Positions 27,641-36,607 of a stretch of DNA of 64,000 nucleotides are shown piece by piece (position 1 is the first letter of the stretch; every line of letters starts with the position of its first letter). The stretch comes from Candidatus Versatilivorator sp. (lineage in GTDB: Bacteria > Acidobacteriota > Terriglobia > Versatilivoradales > Versatilivoraceae). A program made the position numbers and the translations under genes. The notes beneath the pieces are model-generated. The model was not told where the DNA came from. It ran no database searches and saw only the letters and a program-made list of their open reading frames with translations. The DNA is taken from positions 2,447,953 to 2,511,952 of the forward strand of contig CBDAOQ010000003.1 in NCBI GenBank assembly GCA_965198125.1, written 5' to 3'.

Positions 27641-28524
27641 GAGTAGATTTCCTCCGGCACCGGCTCGAACAGCTCCGCCGACCGGATGCCCGGCAGGTGG
27701 GCCAGGGAGCGAAACTCGGAGCTCACGGCCACGTAGTCCTCCGTTTCGGCAACCACGGCCGGCTTGCAGGCAAAAGCGTCCCGGACCAGGACCAGCTTCT
27801 CGGCCGTGGCCATCAGGAGGGTGTAGAACCCGTCCAGCTCCACGAAGGCTGCGCCCAGGGCCTCCTCCAGGGTCTGTCCCTCTCTCATGCGCCACTCCAG
27901 AAAGCGGCAGGCGGCTTCGGTGTCGTTGTCGGTCTCGAACACGATGCCCCGTTTTTCCAGCCGCCGTTTCAGGCTCCAGGGATTGGAGAGGGACCCGTTG
28001 TGCACCAGGCAGAAGTCTTCGCCGGCGGTAAAGGGATGGGCGTGGGCGGGGGAGACCGCCGATTCGGTCGCCATCCTGGTGTGGCCGACGCAGTGGCTGG
28101 CCGCCAACCCGCCAAACCCGTAGCGCCGGGCGATCTCGGCGGGATGGCCCATATCCTTGTAGACCTCGATGGACCGGCCCGTCGAAAGCAGGTGCACGGC
28201 GGGGAACTCCCGGGACAGCCACTCCTCCAGGCTCTCGGGTGCGATCGAGGAAACCAGCCGTCCATGATTTTCGATCCAGCTCAGATTGCCCTCGCAAGCG
28301 GTGTCCCGCTCAAAGGCCTTCCCCATCTCCGGCCAGTCGAACCCGGGCTGGCCGCAGAACAGGCTGTAACGCCGCTGCCTGCCGTCCCCGAGGGGAGAGA
28401 AGACCGCCAGGCCTGCCGAGTCGGATCCCCGGTCCCCCATGCAAGTGACCATGGGGGTGACCCACTCCCCCAACTGGGCCCGCTTCGACTCAGGCTTGAT
28501 CAGCAAGCCGATGATTCCGCACAT
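27628..28524 (-). CDS. mgsA: Class-II glutamine amidotransferase subunit (GltB domain 1-like); N-methylglutamate synthase subunit A-like
   Basis: Starts MCGIIGLL (N-terminal nucleophile Cys) with GGAGGA upstream; HTRMATES, HNGSLSN motifs of class-II GATase. Confidence 0.75.
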   Translation of the reverse strand: MCGIIGLLIKPESKRAQLGEWVTPMVTCMGDRGSDSAGLAVFSPLGDGRQRRYSLFCGQPGFDWPEMGKAFERDTACEGNLSWIENHGRLVSSIAPESLEEWLSREFPAVHLLSTGRSIEVYKDMGHPAEIARRYGFGGLAASHCVGHTRMATESAVSPAHAHPFTAGEDFCLVHNGSLSNPWSLKRRLEKRGIVFETDNDTEAACRFLEWRMREGQTLEEALGAAFVELDGFYTLLMATAEKLVLVRDAFACKPAVVAETEDYVAVSSEFRSLAHLPGIRSAELFEPVPEEIYSWSL

Positions 28525-28594
28525 GCGGATCCTCCGGAAATCCGGCGGCCAGGGCGGCGAGGTTTCCGACACCCCTGGCCGGGCCGCGTCGGTG

Positions 28595-29928
28595 TCAATA
28601 AAACTCCAGATACCGCTGGACTTCCCAATCGGAGACGTGCCGCTGGTACTCGGTCCACTCCATCTCCTTGAGTTCGATGAACTCCCGCAGGAATGCTTCT
28701 CCCAGTTGCTCCGCAAACAGGGAGTCTTCCTGGAGGGCTCTCAAGGCTTCGATCAGGGTCTGGGGGAGTACTCCGATGTTCATCTCCCGCAGGGCTTCCG
28801 GGGTGTAACGGTAGTGGTTGATGTTGTGTGGCGGTCCGGGGTCCAGCTTGCGCTCGATGCCGTCCAGGCCGGCCGCGATCACGGCCGCCGTGGCCAGATA
28901 GGGGTTGCAACTGGAGTCGCACAGCCTCAACTCGAGCCGCCCGTAGGGGACCCGCACCATTGAGGTCCGGTTGTTGTCCCCATAGGAGATATAGGCCGGG
29001 GCCCAGGTGGCACCGGACAGCGAGCGGCCCACCACCAGCCGTTTGTAGGAGTTGACCGAGGGGGCCGCCAGGGCGGTCAGGGCCGGAGCGTGGGCCAGCA
29101 GCCCTCCCAGGAAGTGGTAGGCCAGTTCCGACAGCCCCAGTCGGTTCTTGTCGGAATCGTCCTGGAAGAGGTCATTGCCCTCGCGGTCCCAGATCGACAT
29201 GTGGATATGGCTGCCGGTCCCGGTGCGGTTGGACATGGGTTTGGGCATGAAGGAGCAGATCACCCCGAATTCACGGGCGATCTCTCCGGCGGCCATGCGG
29301 AACAGCACGTAGCGGTCCGCCGAGGTGATAGCCGGTGAGAAGGTGAAGTTGATCTCGAACTGCCCGTTGGCGTCCTCATGGTCTATCTGGTAGACGTCGA
29401 ATCCGATGGACTGCAGCGAACCCACCAGCTTTTCCAGGAAGGCCCGGCTGCGTGAGAGTCCCTTGTAGTCGTAACAGGGTTTCTCCAGGGTGTCGGTGTC
29501 GTCGGCGGGCCGGATGGAACCGTCCGGATTGCGGCTCAGCAGCATGAACTCGGGTTCCAGGCCGGTGTTCAGGATCCAGCCCCTTTGTTCCAGGCGCTTC
29601 ACCTGCTGCTGGAGAATGTGGCGGTGTCGAAAGGGTAGGGCTCTCCGTTCACCCGGCCGTTGCAGACGATACGGGCATATCCTGGCTGCCAGGGGACCAG
29701 CGTCAGGGTGTCCAGATCCCCCACGGCCATGAAGTCGGGATCATGTGGCTCTTGGCCCAGGCCCCACACGGCGAACCCGGCAAATCCGGCGCCGTCGGTC
29801 AGGATATCCTCAAAGTGGCTGACCGGGACCGACTTGGTCTTGGCCACGCCGTGGACGTCGACAAACTGGGCCAGCACGAACTTGACATCGTTTTCCTTCA
29901 AGAAGGTCTGGGCTTGGTTGAGGTTCAT
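28595..29928 (-). CDS. gmaS: Glutamine-synthetase-family enzyme (gamma-glutamylmethylamide synthetase-like) with an apparent -1 frameshift near 29615-29625
   Basis: N-terminal beta-grasp part ([27 protein letters not shown]...) ends ...[14 protein letters not shown]. The +2 frame reads ...[29 protein letters not shown]... into the catalytic domain ([12 protein letters not shown]). Continuity would need one extra C in the run gacacc(c)gccac. Confidence 0.65.
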
Positions 29929-29933
29929 GGACA

Positions 29934-30647
29934 CTATCCTTTCAGTGAACTCGCCGGAGAGAGACCGGGATAGAGGCAGCCCAGCCCCACCGCATCGCCG
30001 CCGTCTTCCCGGACGATGCCCAGCAGCGTTTCCCAAAGATACACACTATAGCTCGGGTCCAGCCAAATCCGAAGCGCGGCGATGCCGGACGCCTCCACCC
30101 GCAGCAGCCGGCAGGAGACTCCCGCCACCCGGCTCAGAACCACCTGTCCCGCCGATTCCCGAAAATGGTGGCCGCAGGTCTGGCTGAGAACCTCCCCGGT
30201 CCGAGGTCCGATCAGCAGAAACGAGGCCTCCTGCCGCTCCACCCGGTAGACCCCCGGGGGGTTGGCCGAGAGCCGGTCCTGGATGCGGGAGACCACTTGT
30301 CCTCGAAGCCCGTCTTCGAGGAACACTTCTTCCCGGTCGATACGGACCAGTATCCCATGGCCTTCAATGGGCCTGACCGCGTAAAGGGCCTCAGCCGTTT
30401 GCAGGCCGTTCTCCCGGAGCCAGGGCAGCACGCCCGCTCCCTTCAGGCCCAGGCGGGGCAGGCAGCTCAGGTCGGCCAGGGCGAGGTGTCCCTTGAGCCG
30501 GTCTTCCTGCTCCGGGCCGGCGAATCGGAGGACCGCGGCCATGCCCCGCACCTCGGTCCAGACGGGATGCATCGGTTCCATCAGGTCATGGACCGGACTT
30601 TGCCTCTGGAGGCTTGGGATCGAAGGATTCATGAGGCGAGCCCGCAT
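29934..30647 (-). CDS. mgdD: Sarcosine oxidase gamma-subunit family protein (N-methylglutamate dehydrogenase subunit D-like)
   Basis: 237 aa; [16 protein letters not shown] pattern of the SoxG family; directly follows the SoxA-like gene. Confidence 0.65.
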   Translation of the reverse strand: MRARLMNPSIPSLQRQSPVHDLMEPMHPVWTEVRGMAAVLRFAGPEQEDRLKGHLALADLSCLPRLGLKGAGVLPWLRENGLQTAEALYAVRPIEGHGILVRIDREEVFLEDGLRGQVVSRIQDRLSANPPGVYRVERQEASFLLIGPRTGEVLSQTCGHHFRESAGQVVLSRVAGVSCRLLRVEASGIAALRIWLDPSYSVYLWETLLGIVREDGGDAVGLGCLYPGLSPASSLKG

Positions 30648-30884
30648 TTCTCACCGGGTCGCTGGTAGCATGGTGAAAAGCAGTTTATTTTCAGTACCTT
30701 GATTGGTGTCATTTAAAGGCCTCGTGGGTACAGACCGTGCTGGGCGCGCTCTGGCTTGTCCTTTTCCCCTCAGCACGCACATGCTCGCTCGACCGTAGTG
30801 ACCGCTACGCTCTTCGCTCGCGAGCACGCGCTGAGGGGAAAATTCCTACGCCATGATCACGCCCCCCGGTGAGAAATGCGGGCT
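30639..30884. repeat. About 245-bp nested palindromic element inside the mgdC-mgdD junction; outer 20-bp perfect inverted repeat AGCCCGCATTTCTCACCGGG
   Basis: Arm 30639-30658 contains the mgdD start codon; arm 30865-30884 (reverse complement) encodes the last codons of mgdC. Inner inverted repeat TTTTCCCCTCAGC(G/A)CG... at 30762-30841. A second copy of the inner about 170 bp lies at 38785-38950. Confidence 0.55.
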
Positions 30885-33793
30885 GGCGCCTGCTTCTGCC
30901 GCAGGTTCCCGGGATCGTAAAAGGGCAATTCCACCACCCGGGCCGCGAACAGCCAGCGGCCGCCGATTCGGATGCGGACGGCGGTGCCGGGTGCGGACAG
31001 TTCCGGGTGAACGTAGGCCAGGCCGATGACCTGCTTCAGGGTGGGGCTGAAAGCGGCGCTGGTGACCCGGCCGGCAATCTCTCCTCCATGGATCACCAGC
31101 TCGCATTCCCCGGGCACGGGCCCGCCATAGGCCTCCGGGAAAGCGAACCCCACCAAACGGCGTTTGAGGGGCCTGGCCCCCAGAATCGACAGGCTGCGCT
31201 GACCCAGAAAGAAGGGTTTGTCGGCCTTCACCGCCCACTCCAGTCCCGCCTCCCCGGGATAAGAAAGACCGTCGGAGTCCTGACCCATGATCAGGTGCCC
31301 CTTTTCCAGACGCAGCAGGCGTTGGGCCTCCACGCCGAAGGGACGAATGCCGCCGGCCCGCCCGGCCTCCAGCAGCCGGTCCCAGACCCCCACGGCGGCA
31401 TCGGCGGGAACGTGGATCTCGTAACCCCACTCGCCCACGAATCCGACTCGGAGGACGCGGGCCCGAGCGCCAGCCACCCGTCCCTGGCGAACTCCCAGGT
31501 AGGGGAAGGCCTCCGGATCCAGGTCGATGTCGGTCAGCGATTGCAAGATCTGCAGGGACCGGGGGCCGGCCAGATTCATGGCCCCGTACATGCCCGTCAG
31601 GTTGAGAACCATCACCTGCAGCGACCAGATCAGGGCCCAGCGGGTCATCTCCCGGGCCACGGCGTCGGAAGCCCCGCTGGTGGTGGTCACGTAGAAGCGG
31701 TCGGAGGCCAGGCGGGCCGCCACACCGTCATCCACCATCATTCCGCTCTCGTCGCACATCAGGACGTAGCGGCTTCTCCCTTCCCTCAACCTGGCAAACC
31801 GCCCCGTGTACATCCTTTCCATGAAGGCCACCGCGTCCCGGCCGCAGATTTCCAGCTTGCCCAGGGTGCCCACGTCGACCACGCCCACCCGGCGGCGAAC
31901 GGCCTCGGCTTCCGCCTGGATGGCTGCCCGCCGGCTGGCTCCCGGGACCGGGTAGTATTCCGGCCGCAGCCAGCTTCCCGCAACCATGAAACGCGCGCCC
32001 AGTTGCCGGTGGCGGGCGTGCAGGGGGGTTCGGCGCTGGGGGCTGAAGATGCGCCCGGCCAGATGACTCAAGGGCACCGGGCTGGTGAAGGGACGGGCCG
32101 TGGTCAGTCCGGTCGCCGCCAGCGATTTTCCTTTGAGCCGGGCCAGGATTCGAGCGCCATTGAGGTTGGAATGCTTGCCCTGGCTGGGTCCCATGCCCAG
32201 GGTCGAGTAGCGTTTCAGCAGCTCGGCGCTGTCGAATCCCTCCTGGACGCTGTTCCGGATGTCGTCCAGTTGAATGTCCTCGTCGAGGTCCACGAAATTC
32301 TTGCCCCGAGGGTGGGGGAAGACCGGGTAAGGGTGGCTGAAGGCAGGCCCCCGCCGTTGGGACGCTGCCGGTGTTTCGGGAGGGGCTTTTCCAAGGTGCG
32401 CCGCCGCCTGCCTGCCGGCGCGGCGACCGTCCTCGAGCTGGTCCCCCAGGGCATAGATACCGTTGACCCGTCCGGCGGCAAAGACTCCCGGCGGCAGCCG
32501 GTCCGGGACATACTGTTCCAGAGATTCCGCGTACCGCATGCAGGCTCCCGCCTGGCGGAGGATGCTGTCCGCGGGAGTCCATCCCACGCTCATGGCGATG
32601 CCGTCACAGGAGATGGGCTCGGACTGATCCGGCAGGGGATCTCCGCGTCCGTTCTGAGGGCAGAGCAGCGCCCCTCGGATGGCTCGCTTGCCGGGCGCCG
32701 GCAGGGCTTCATAGATGGCAGTGCCCGGACGTATGGGAATCCGGCGCCCCGCCACTTCCTCTTTCCAGGTTGACGTCTCCCCTTGCGGCCGCAGGTCGGA
32801 GACCAGCGCCACCTTCACCCCCGCCCGGTGGAGGTCGACTGCCGCCCGGTATCCGTCGGTGTTGGCCGTCACCACCACCGCTTGCCGGAAGGGCTTGACG
32901 GCATACTGGTGGATCAACCGCTGCGCCGCCGAGGCCAGCATGACTCCGGGGAGGTCGTTGTTGCGAAACACGGCCGGCTGGTCGTAACAGCCGGCGGCCA
33001 CCACCAGGCTGCGGGCCCGCAGCTTGGTCAGCCGCCGGGAATCGATCAGGGCCAGCCAGTGGTCCGCGTAGCAGCCGGCCGCCGTGGTTCCGGTGCGCAG
33101 TTCCAGGTTGGGCAGGGCGGCGGCCTTGCCCAGAAGCTGGTCCAACAGGGCCCTGGCTTCCGGCTCGCCCGGCAACTGGAACCCCAGGGTCCCGCCCGGC
33201 AGGCGATCCTCTTCCACCAGCAAGACCTTCAAACCCAGCTCGGCGGCGGCGACGGCCGCCGAGAGGCCGGCGGGGCCGGAGCCCACCACCAGCAGATCGC
33301 AGAAGTCATAGCGCTTGGGGGTCGGCTGCAGCGGCTCGTCCGGATGGACGTTGCCCAGCCCGGCGATCCGGCGCATGCAGCGCTCATAAAACGGAAACAG
33401 GGCGCGGGGACGATGGAAGGCCTTGTAGTAAAAGCCTACGGGAAGGAAGGCTGAGAAAAGCTCGGTGAAACGATAGAGGTCCGACTGCACGCCTCCCCAG
33501 GTGTTGACCGCTTTGACCTCCAGTCCCGGCTCGATAGGGGTGGTATCCATCCTGAGGTTGGTCGAGTCCCGATTTTCGGCCAGGGCATTGCAGTCCAGAC
33601 CGCACAGGCTGAAGATGCCGCGGGGACGATGGTACTTGAAGCTGCGTCCCAGCACCCGGATGCCCGAGGCCCACAGGGCCGTGCTGAGGGTGTCCCCCCG
33701 ATACCCTTGGTACTTTCGGCCTTCGAAGACGAAGCCAACCGGCTGCTCCCGATCGATCCGTTCTCCGGGCTGGGGGCCAAGGCGTTCACTCAT
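30857..33793 (-). CDS. mgdC: Sarcosine oxidase alpha-subunit family protein (N-methylglutamate dehydrogenase subunit C-like): 2Fe-2S-like N-domain, FAD/NAD domain, C-terminal GcvT-like folate-binding domain
   Basis: Start MSERLGPQPGERIDREQPVGFVFEGRKYQGYRGDTLSTALWASGIRVLGRSFKYHRPRG (SoxA N-terminus); LVVGSGPAG dinucleotide motif; C-terminal aminomethyltransferase-like region. Confidence 0.8.
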   Translation of the reverse strand: MSERLGPQPGERIDREQPVGFVFEGRKYQGYRGDTLSTALWASGIRVLGRSFKYHRPRGIFSLCGLDCNALAENRDSTNLRMDTTPIEPGLEVKAVNTWGGVQSDLYRFTELFSAFLPVGFYYKAFHRPRALFPFYERCMRRIAGLGNVHPDEPLQPTPKRYDFCDLLVVGSGPAGLSAAVAAAELGLKVLLVEEDRLPGGTLGFQLPGEPEARALLDQLLGKAAALPNLELRTGTTAAGCYADHWLALIDSRRLTKLRARSLVVAAGCYDQPAVFRNNDLPGVMLASAAQRLIHQYAVKPFRQAVVVTANTDGYRAAVDLHRAGVKVALVSDLRPQGETSTWKEEVAGRRIPIRPGTAIYEALPAPGKRAIRGALLCPQNGRGDPLPDQSEPISCDGIAMSVGWTPADSILRQAGACMRYAESLEQYVPDRLPPGVFAAGRVNGIYALGDQLEDGRRAGRQAAAHLGKAPPETPAASQRRGPAFSHPYPVFPHPRGKNFVDLDEDIQLDDIRNSVQEGFDSAELLKRYSTLGMGPSQGKHSNLNGARILARLKGKSLAATGLTTARPFTSPVPLSHLAGRIFSPQRRTPLHARHRQLGARFMVAGSWLRPEYYPVPGASRRAAIQAEAEAVRRRVGVVDVGTLGKLEICGRDAVAFMERMYTGRFARLREGRSRYVLMCDESGMMVDDGVAARLASDRFYVTTTSGASDAVAREMTRWALIWSLQVMVLNLTGMYGAMNLAGPRSLQILQSLTDIDLDPEAFPYLGVRQGRVAGARARVLRVGFVGEWGYEIHVPADAAVGVWDRLLEAGRAGGIRPFGVEAQRLLRLEKGHLIMGQDSDGLSYPGEAGLEWAVKADKPFFLGQRSLSILGARPLKRRLVGFAFPEAYGGPVPGECELVIHGGEIAGRVTSAAFSPTLKQVIGLAYVHPELSAPGTAVRIRIGGRWLFAARVVELPFYDPGNLRQKQAPARISHRGA

Positions 33794-34052
33794 GGTCGTG
33801 GTCTTCCCCATACAGATAGGTCCGCAGGATCTCGTCGGTAGAGGTGTTCCGTTCGGCGATGAACCAGACGCCGCTGGCCAGGTGGCACCACCACTCCTTT
33901 TTGACCGCGGCGGCCCCGGAGCGATGAAAGACATAGTCGGCCCACTGCCGGTCGGAACACTCTCCGGGTGGGGGCATCGGCCGGAAAGTGCCGCCGTAGG
34001 AAAATTCCTGGATGGGCCGCCAGCCGTTGACGGGACAACGCATCAGCTTCAT
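33786..34052 (-). CDS. mgdB: Sarcosine oxidase delta-subunit family protein (N-methylglutamate dehydrogenase subunit B-like)
   Basis: MKLMRCPVNGWRPIQEFSYGG... SoxD-type small subunit; GGAGGA 9 nt upstream; 8-nt overlap with the mgdC start. Confidence 0.65.
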   Translation of the reverse strand: MKLMRCPVNGWRPIQEFSYGGTFRPMPPPGECSDRQWADYVFHRSGAAAVKKEWWCHLASGVWFIAERNTSTDEILRTYLYGEDHDHE

Positions 34053-34083
34053 CTGCCGCAATCCTCCGGTCCCGGCGATCCTT

Positions 34084-35325
34084 TCAGTGTCCGACCGAGG
34101 CGGCTCCCTTTTCACCCACCAGTTCGAACTCCTCGAATCGGGAGAGGCGAAAGGGGACGATCAGGGGATGGGGCCGGTCGGTGGCCAGGGTGTGGGCCAT
34201 GGTCTTGCCGCACACCGGGGTCGCCTTGAATCCCCAGGTACCCCAGCCGGCATCCAGGTAGAATCCTTCCACCGGCGTTTTCCCCATGATGGGAGAAAAA
34301 TCGGGCGTCATGTCGGCCAGGCCGGCCCACTGGCGCAGCACCCGCACCTGGCCCAGGAAGGGAAACAGCTCCAGCATGTGTCCGGCCAGGCCCTCCACGA
34401 AATCCAGGGTCGAGCGGGTGGAGTGCAACTCGTAGGGGTCCAGCGCTGCCCCCATGACCAGCTCGCCTCGCGAGGACTGGCTGACGTAGAGATGCAGGTT
34501 GGCCGAAACGATGATGGTGTCCAGCCAGGGCTTCAGGGGCTCGGTGACGCAGGCCTGCAGGGGATGCACCTCCAGGGGCGTCCGAATGCCCACCATCCGC
34601 ATTACCGCCGGCGTGTATCCGGCCACCGCCGACAGGACCTTGCCGGTCCGGACAAAGCCCCGGTTGGTTTCCACCCCCGCCACCCGGCCACCCTGGACAC
34701 GGATCCCGGTGACCTCGGTCTGCTGGTGGATCTCGACGCCGCGCTGGCTGGCGGCGCGGCCATACCCCCAGGCCACCGCGTCGTGACGGGCGATGGCTCC
34801 GGGAGGGTGGTAGAGGGCCCCCAGCACCGGGGTGTGCCCCCCGCAGCTCAGGTCCAGGTGAGGGCATTCCCGGCGGATCACCTCCGGGCCCACCAGCTCG
34901 CTGTCCACCCCCAGGTGCTTGTTGACCTCGGCCCGCCAGCGCATGGTCCGCAGGGTGGCGTCGCTGTGGGCCAGGGTGAAATGCCCCCGGCGGGAGTAGA
35001 ACAGGTTCAGGTCCAGGTCGGCCGACAGGTCCTGAAACAGGCGCAGGCTCTCATCGTAAAAGCGGACGCCCTCGGCCGTCAGGTAGTTGGAACGAATGAT
35101 GGCGGTGTTGCGTCCGGTCCCGCCGGCGCCCAGGTAGCTCCTCTCCAGGACGGCCACCTCCCGGATCCCATGGTCGCGGGCGAGATAGTAGGCGGCCGCC
35201 AGGCCATGGCCTCCGGCCCCGATAATGACGGCGTCGTAGTGGGGCTTCAGCCGGTCGGGGCAACGGAACATGCGGGGTTCCGGATAGCGCCGGCTCATTC
35301 CGAATCGTAGCAATCGAAAAGGCAT
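34084..35325 (-). CDS. mgdA: Sarcosine oxidase beta-subunit family FAD oxidoreductase (N-methylglutamate dehydrogenase subunit A-like)
   Basis: YDAVIIGAGGHGLAAAYYLA FAD-binding motif, DAAO-type fold; start MPFRLLRF at 35325 (the track ORF starts 16 codons earlier). Confidence 0.8.
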   Translation of the reverse strand: MPFRLLRFGMSRRYPEPRMFRCPDRLKPHYDAVIIGAGGHGLAAAYYLARDHGIREVAVLERSYLGAGGTGRNTAIIRSNYLTAEGVRFYDESLRLFQDLSADLDLNLFYSRRGHFTLAHSDATLRTMRWRAEVNKHLGVDSELVGPEVIRRECPHLDLSCGGHTPVLGALYHPPGAIARHDAVAWGYGRAASQRGVEIHQQTEVTGIRVQGGRVAGVETNRGFVRTGKVLSAVAGYTPAVMRMVGIRTPLEVHPLQACVTEPLKPWLDTIIVSANLHLYVSQSSRGELVMGAALDPYELHSTRSTLDFVEGLAGHMLELFPFLGQVRVLRQWAGLADMTPDFSPIMGKTPVEGFYLDAGWGTWGFKATPVCGKTMAHTLATDRPHPLIVPFRLSRFEEFELVGEKGAASVGH

Positions 35326-36004
35326 GAAGGTTTCCGGGGTGCGATCCTTCGGGACGGGGGCACCACTAACCACTAGCCACTATTCACTTTTCACCTAGCC
35401 GCGCTGCCTTGCCATGCGATGGGGCTGATCATACAGGGAGAAACAGGGGTGTTTCAGGTAAGCCGGGCCCCCGCCCCCACGACGGTGCGCATCACTCAGA
35501 GGAAAAACAGCCGTTCGTCAATGAAGACGAACCACCAATGAACACGAATAGGCACCAGGACTGATGGACCTCCTTCAACGACAACTGGCGCCAAAATGCT
35601 TCTGCACTTTTGTCCCGTTGGTGTGACCCTGTCATGGGAGGAAGCCCCCCCGGGAGCGCGGGCGTCCCGCCCGCACAAATCCTCCCGCAGCTTCGGCCAT
35701 CTCCTCCACCGGAATCAACCGGCAGCGGCGCCCTGCCTCTGCTTCGGCCGGGCCCATGCGGTTCCCGCCGGCAGGGCGGTCGGCTGCAACATCGCAGGGA
35801 AACTGAGCGGCAACCGAAGGGACAGCATGCGGGCGGGACGCCCGCGCTCCCGGGGGTGTCGTCCCGATGGTGAGGTGGGGGGTATCCGGCGGGCGACTTC
35901 TCTGAAAGCCGGCCTGTCCCCTTTGGGAGACTCCCGTTTGCCTGCGAGCCGGGCGCCCGCCCCCCGCGACTGGGCAGATCCATCGAGAAGGACTATAAAT
36001 TGAA

Positions 36005-36164
36005 CATCGATGCACAGGATGCACAGGATGCACAGGATAATCAGGACGGGAGGCTGCTGCAGGAGACGCTGACTCAAGCAATGATCGCGTGCGGATTTGA
36101 GGATGTCCGGGAATACAAGCCAGCCGTCTCCGGAAAAAATCCTGTGCATCCTGTGCATCGATGT
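36005..36164. repeat. Long inverted repeat with GCACAGGAT tandem copies: 25-bp perfect arms separated by about 100 bp
   Basis: ACATCGATGCACAGGATGCACAGGATGCACAGGAT (36005-36038) vs ATCCTGTGCATCCTGTGCATCGATGT (36139-36164), about 680 bp upstream of mgdA. Confidence 0.5.
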
Positions 36165-36249
36165 GAATCAAAAATCTACCCATGCCTGACTATGAACCGG
36201 TTTCCAGCCAGGCCAGGCGGTTGCAGGCAAGTGGGGCCCCTTGTTTCAG

Positions 36250-36590
36250 TTGTTTCAGACAAGTCCGGCCCCCGCCCTGCCGTGCGGATCATACGAGAGT
36301 GAAACAATCGGAAATCGACAATCCTTTCGTGACCTTGGCATCCCGTCGCGGCTAACCTCAACGCCTTAGTGGCCCTTTGTCGTTCTTAGTGGCCCTTCGT
36401 GGATAGCTCTTTTTTCTTTTGTTTCAGGTAAGTCGGGCCCCCGCCCTGCTGGGCGGATCATACGAGAGTGAAACAATCGGAAATCGACAATCCTGTCGTG
36501 ACCTTGGTATCCCGTAGCGGTTAAACTCAACGCCTTAGTGGCCCTTTGTCGTTCTTAGTGGCCCTTCGTGGATAACTCTTTTTTCTTTTG
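36250..36590. repeat. Tandem direct repeat, 2 x about 170 bp, immediately 3' of the sulfite-oxidase-like gene
   Basis: Unit TGTTTCAG(A/G)(C/T)AAGTC(C/G)GGCCCCCGCCCTGC..GGCGGATCATACGAGAGTGAAACAATCGG...CCTTAGTGGCCCTTTGTCGTTCTTAGTGGCCCTTCGTGGATA(G/A)CTCTTTTTTCTTT. A partial extra 5' copy at 35452-35480 and partial 3' copy at 36590-36604. Confidence 0.6.
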
Positions 36591-36607
36591 TTTCAGGTAA
36601 GCTCAAC

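Noticed and set aside
25536-28524. Split GltB-domain genes as ordinary GOGAT for ammonium assimilation
   Set aside because: The three-gene split organisation, the adjacent GS-like gene and four contiguous sarcosine-oxidase-like subunits fit the N-methylglutamate pathway better. Canonical GOGAT remains a lower-probability alternative.
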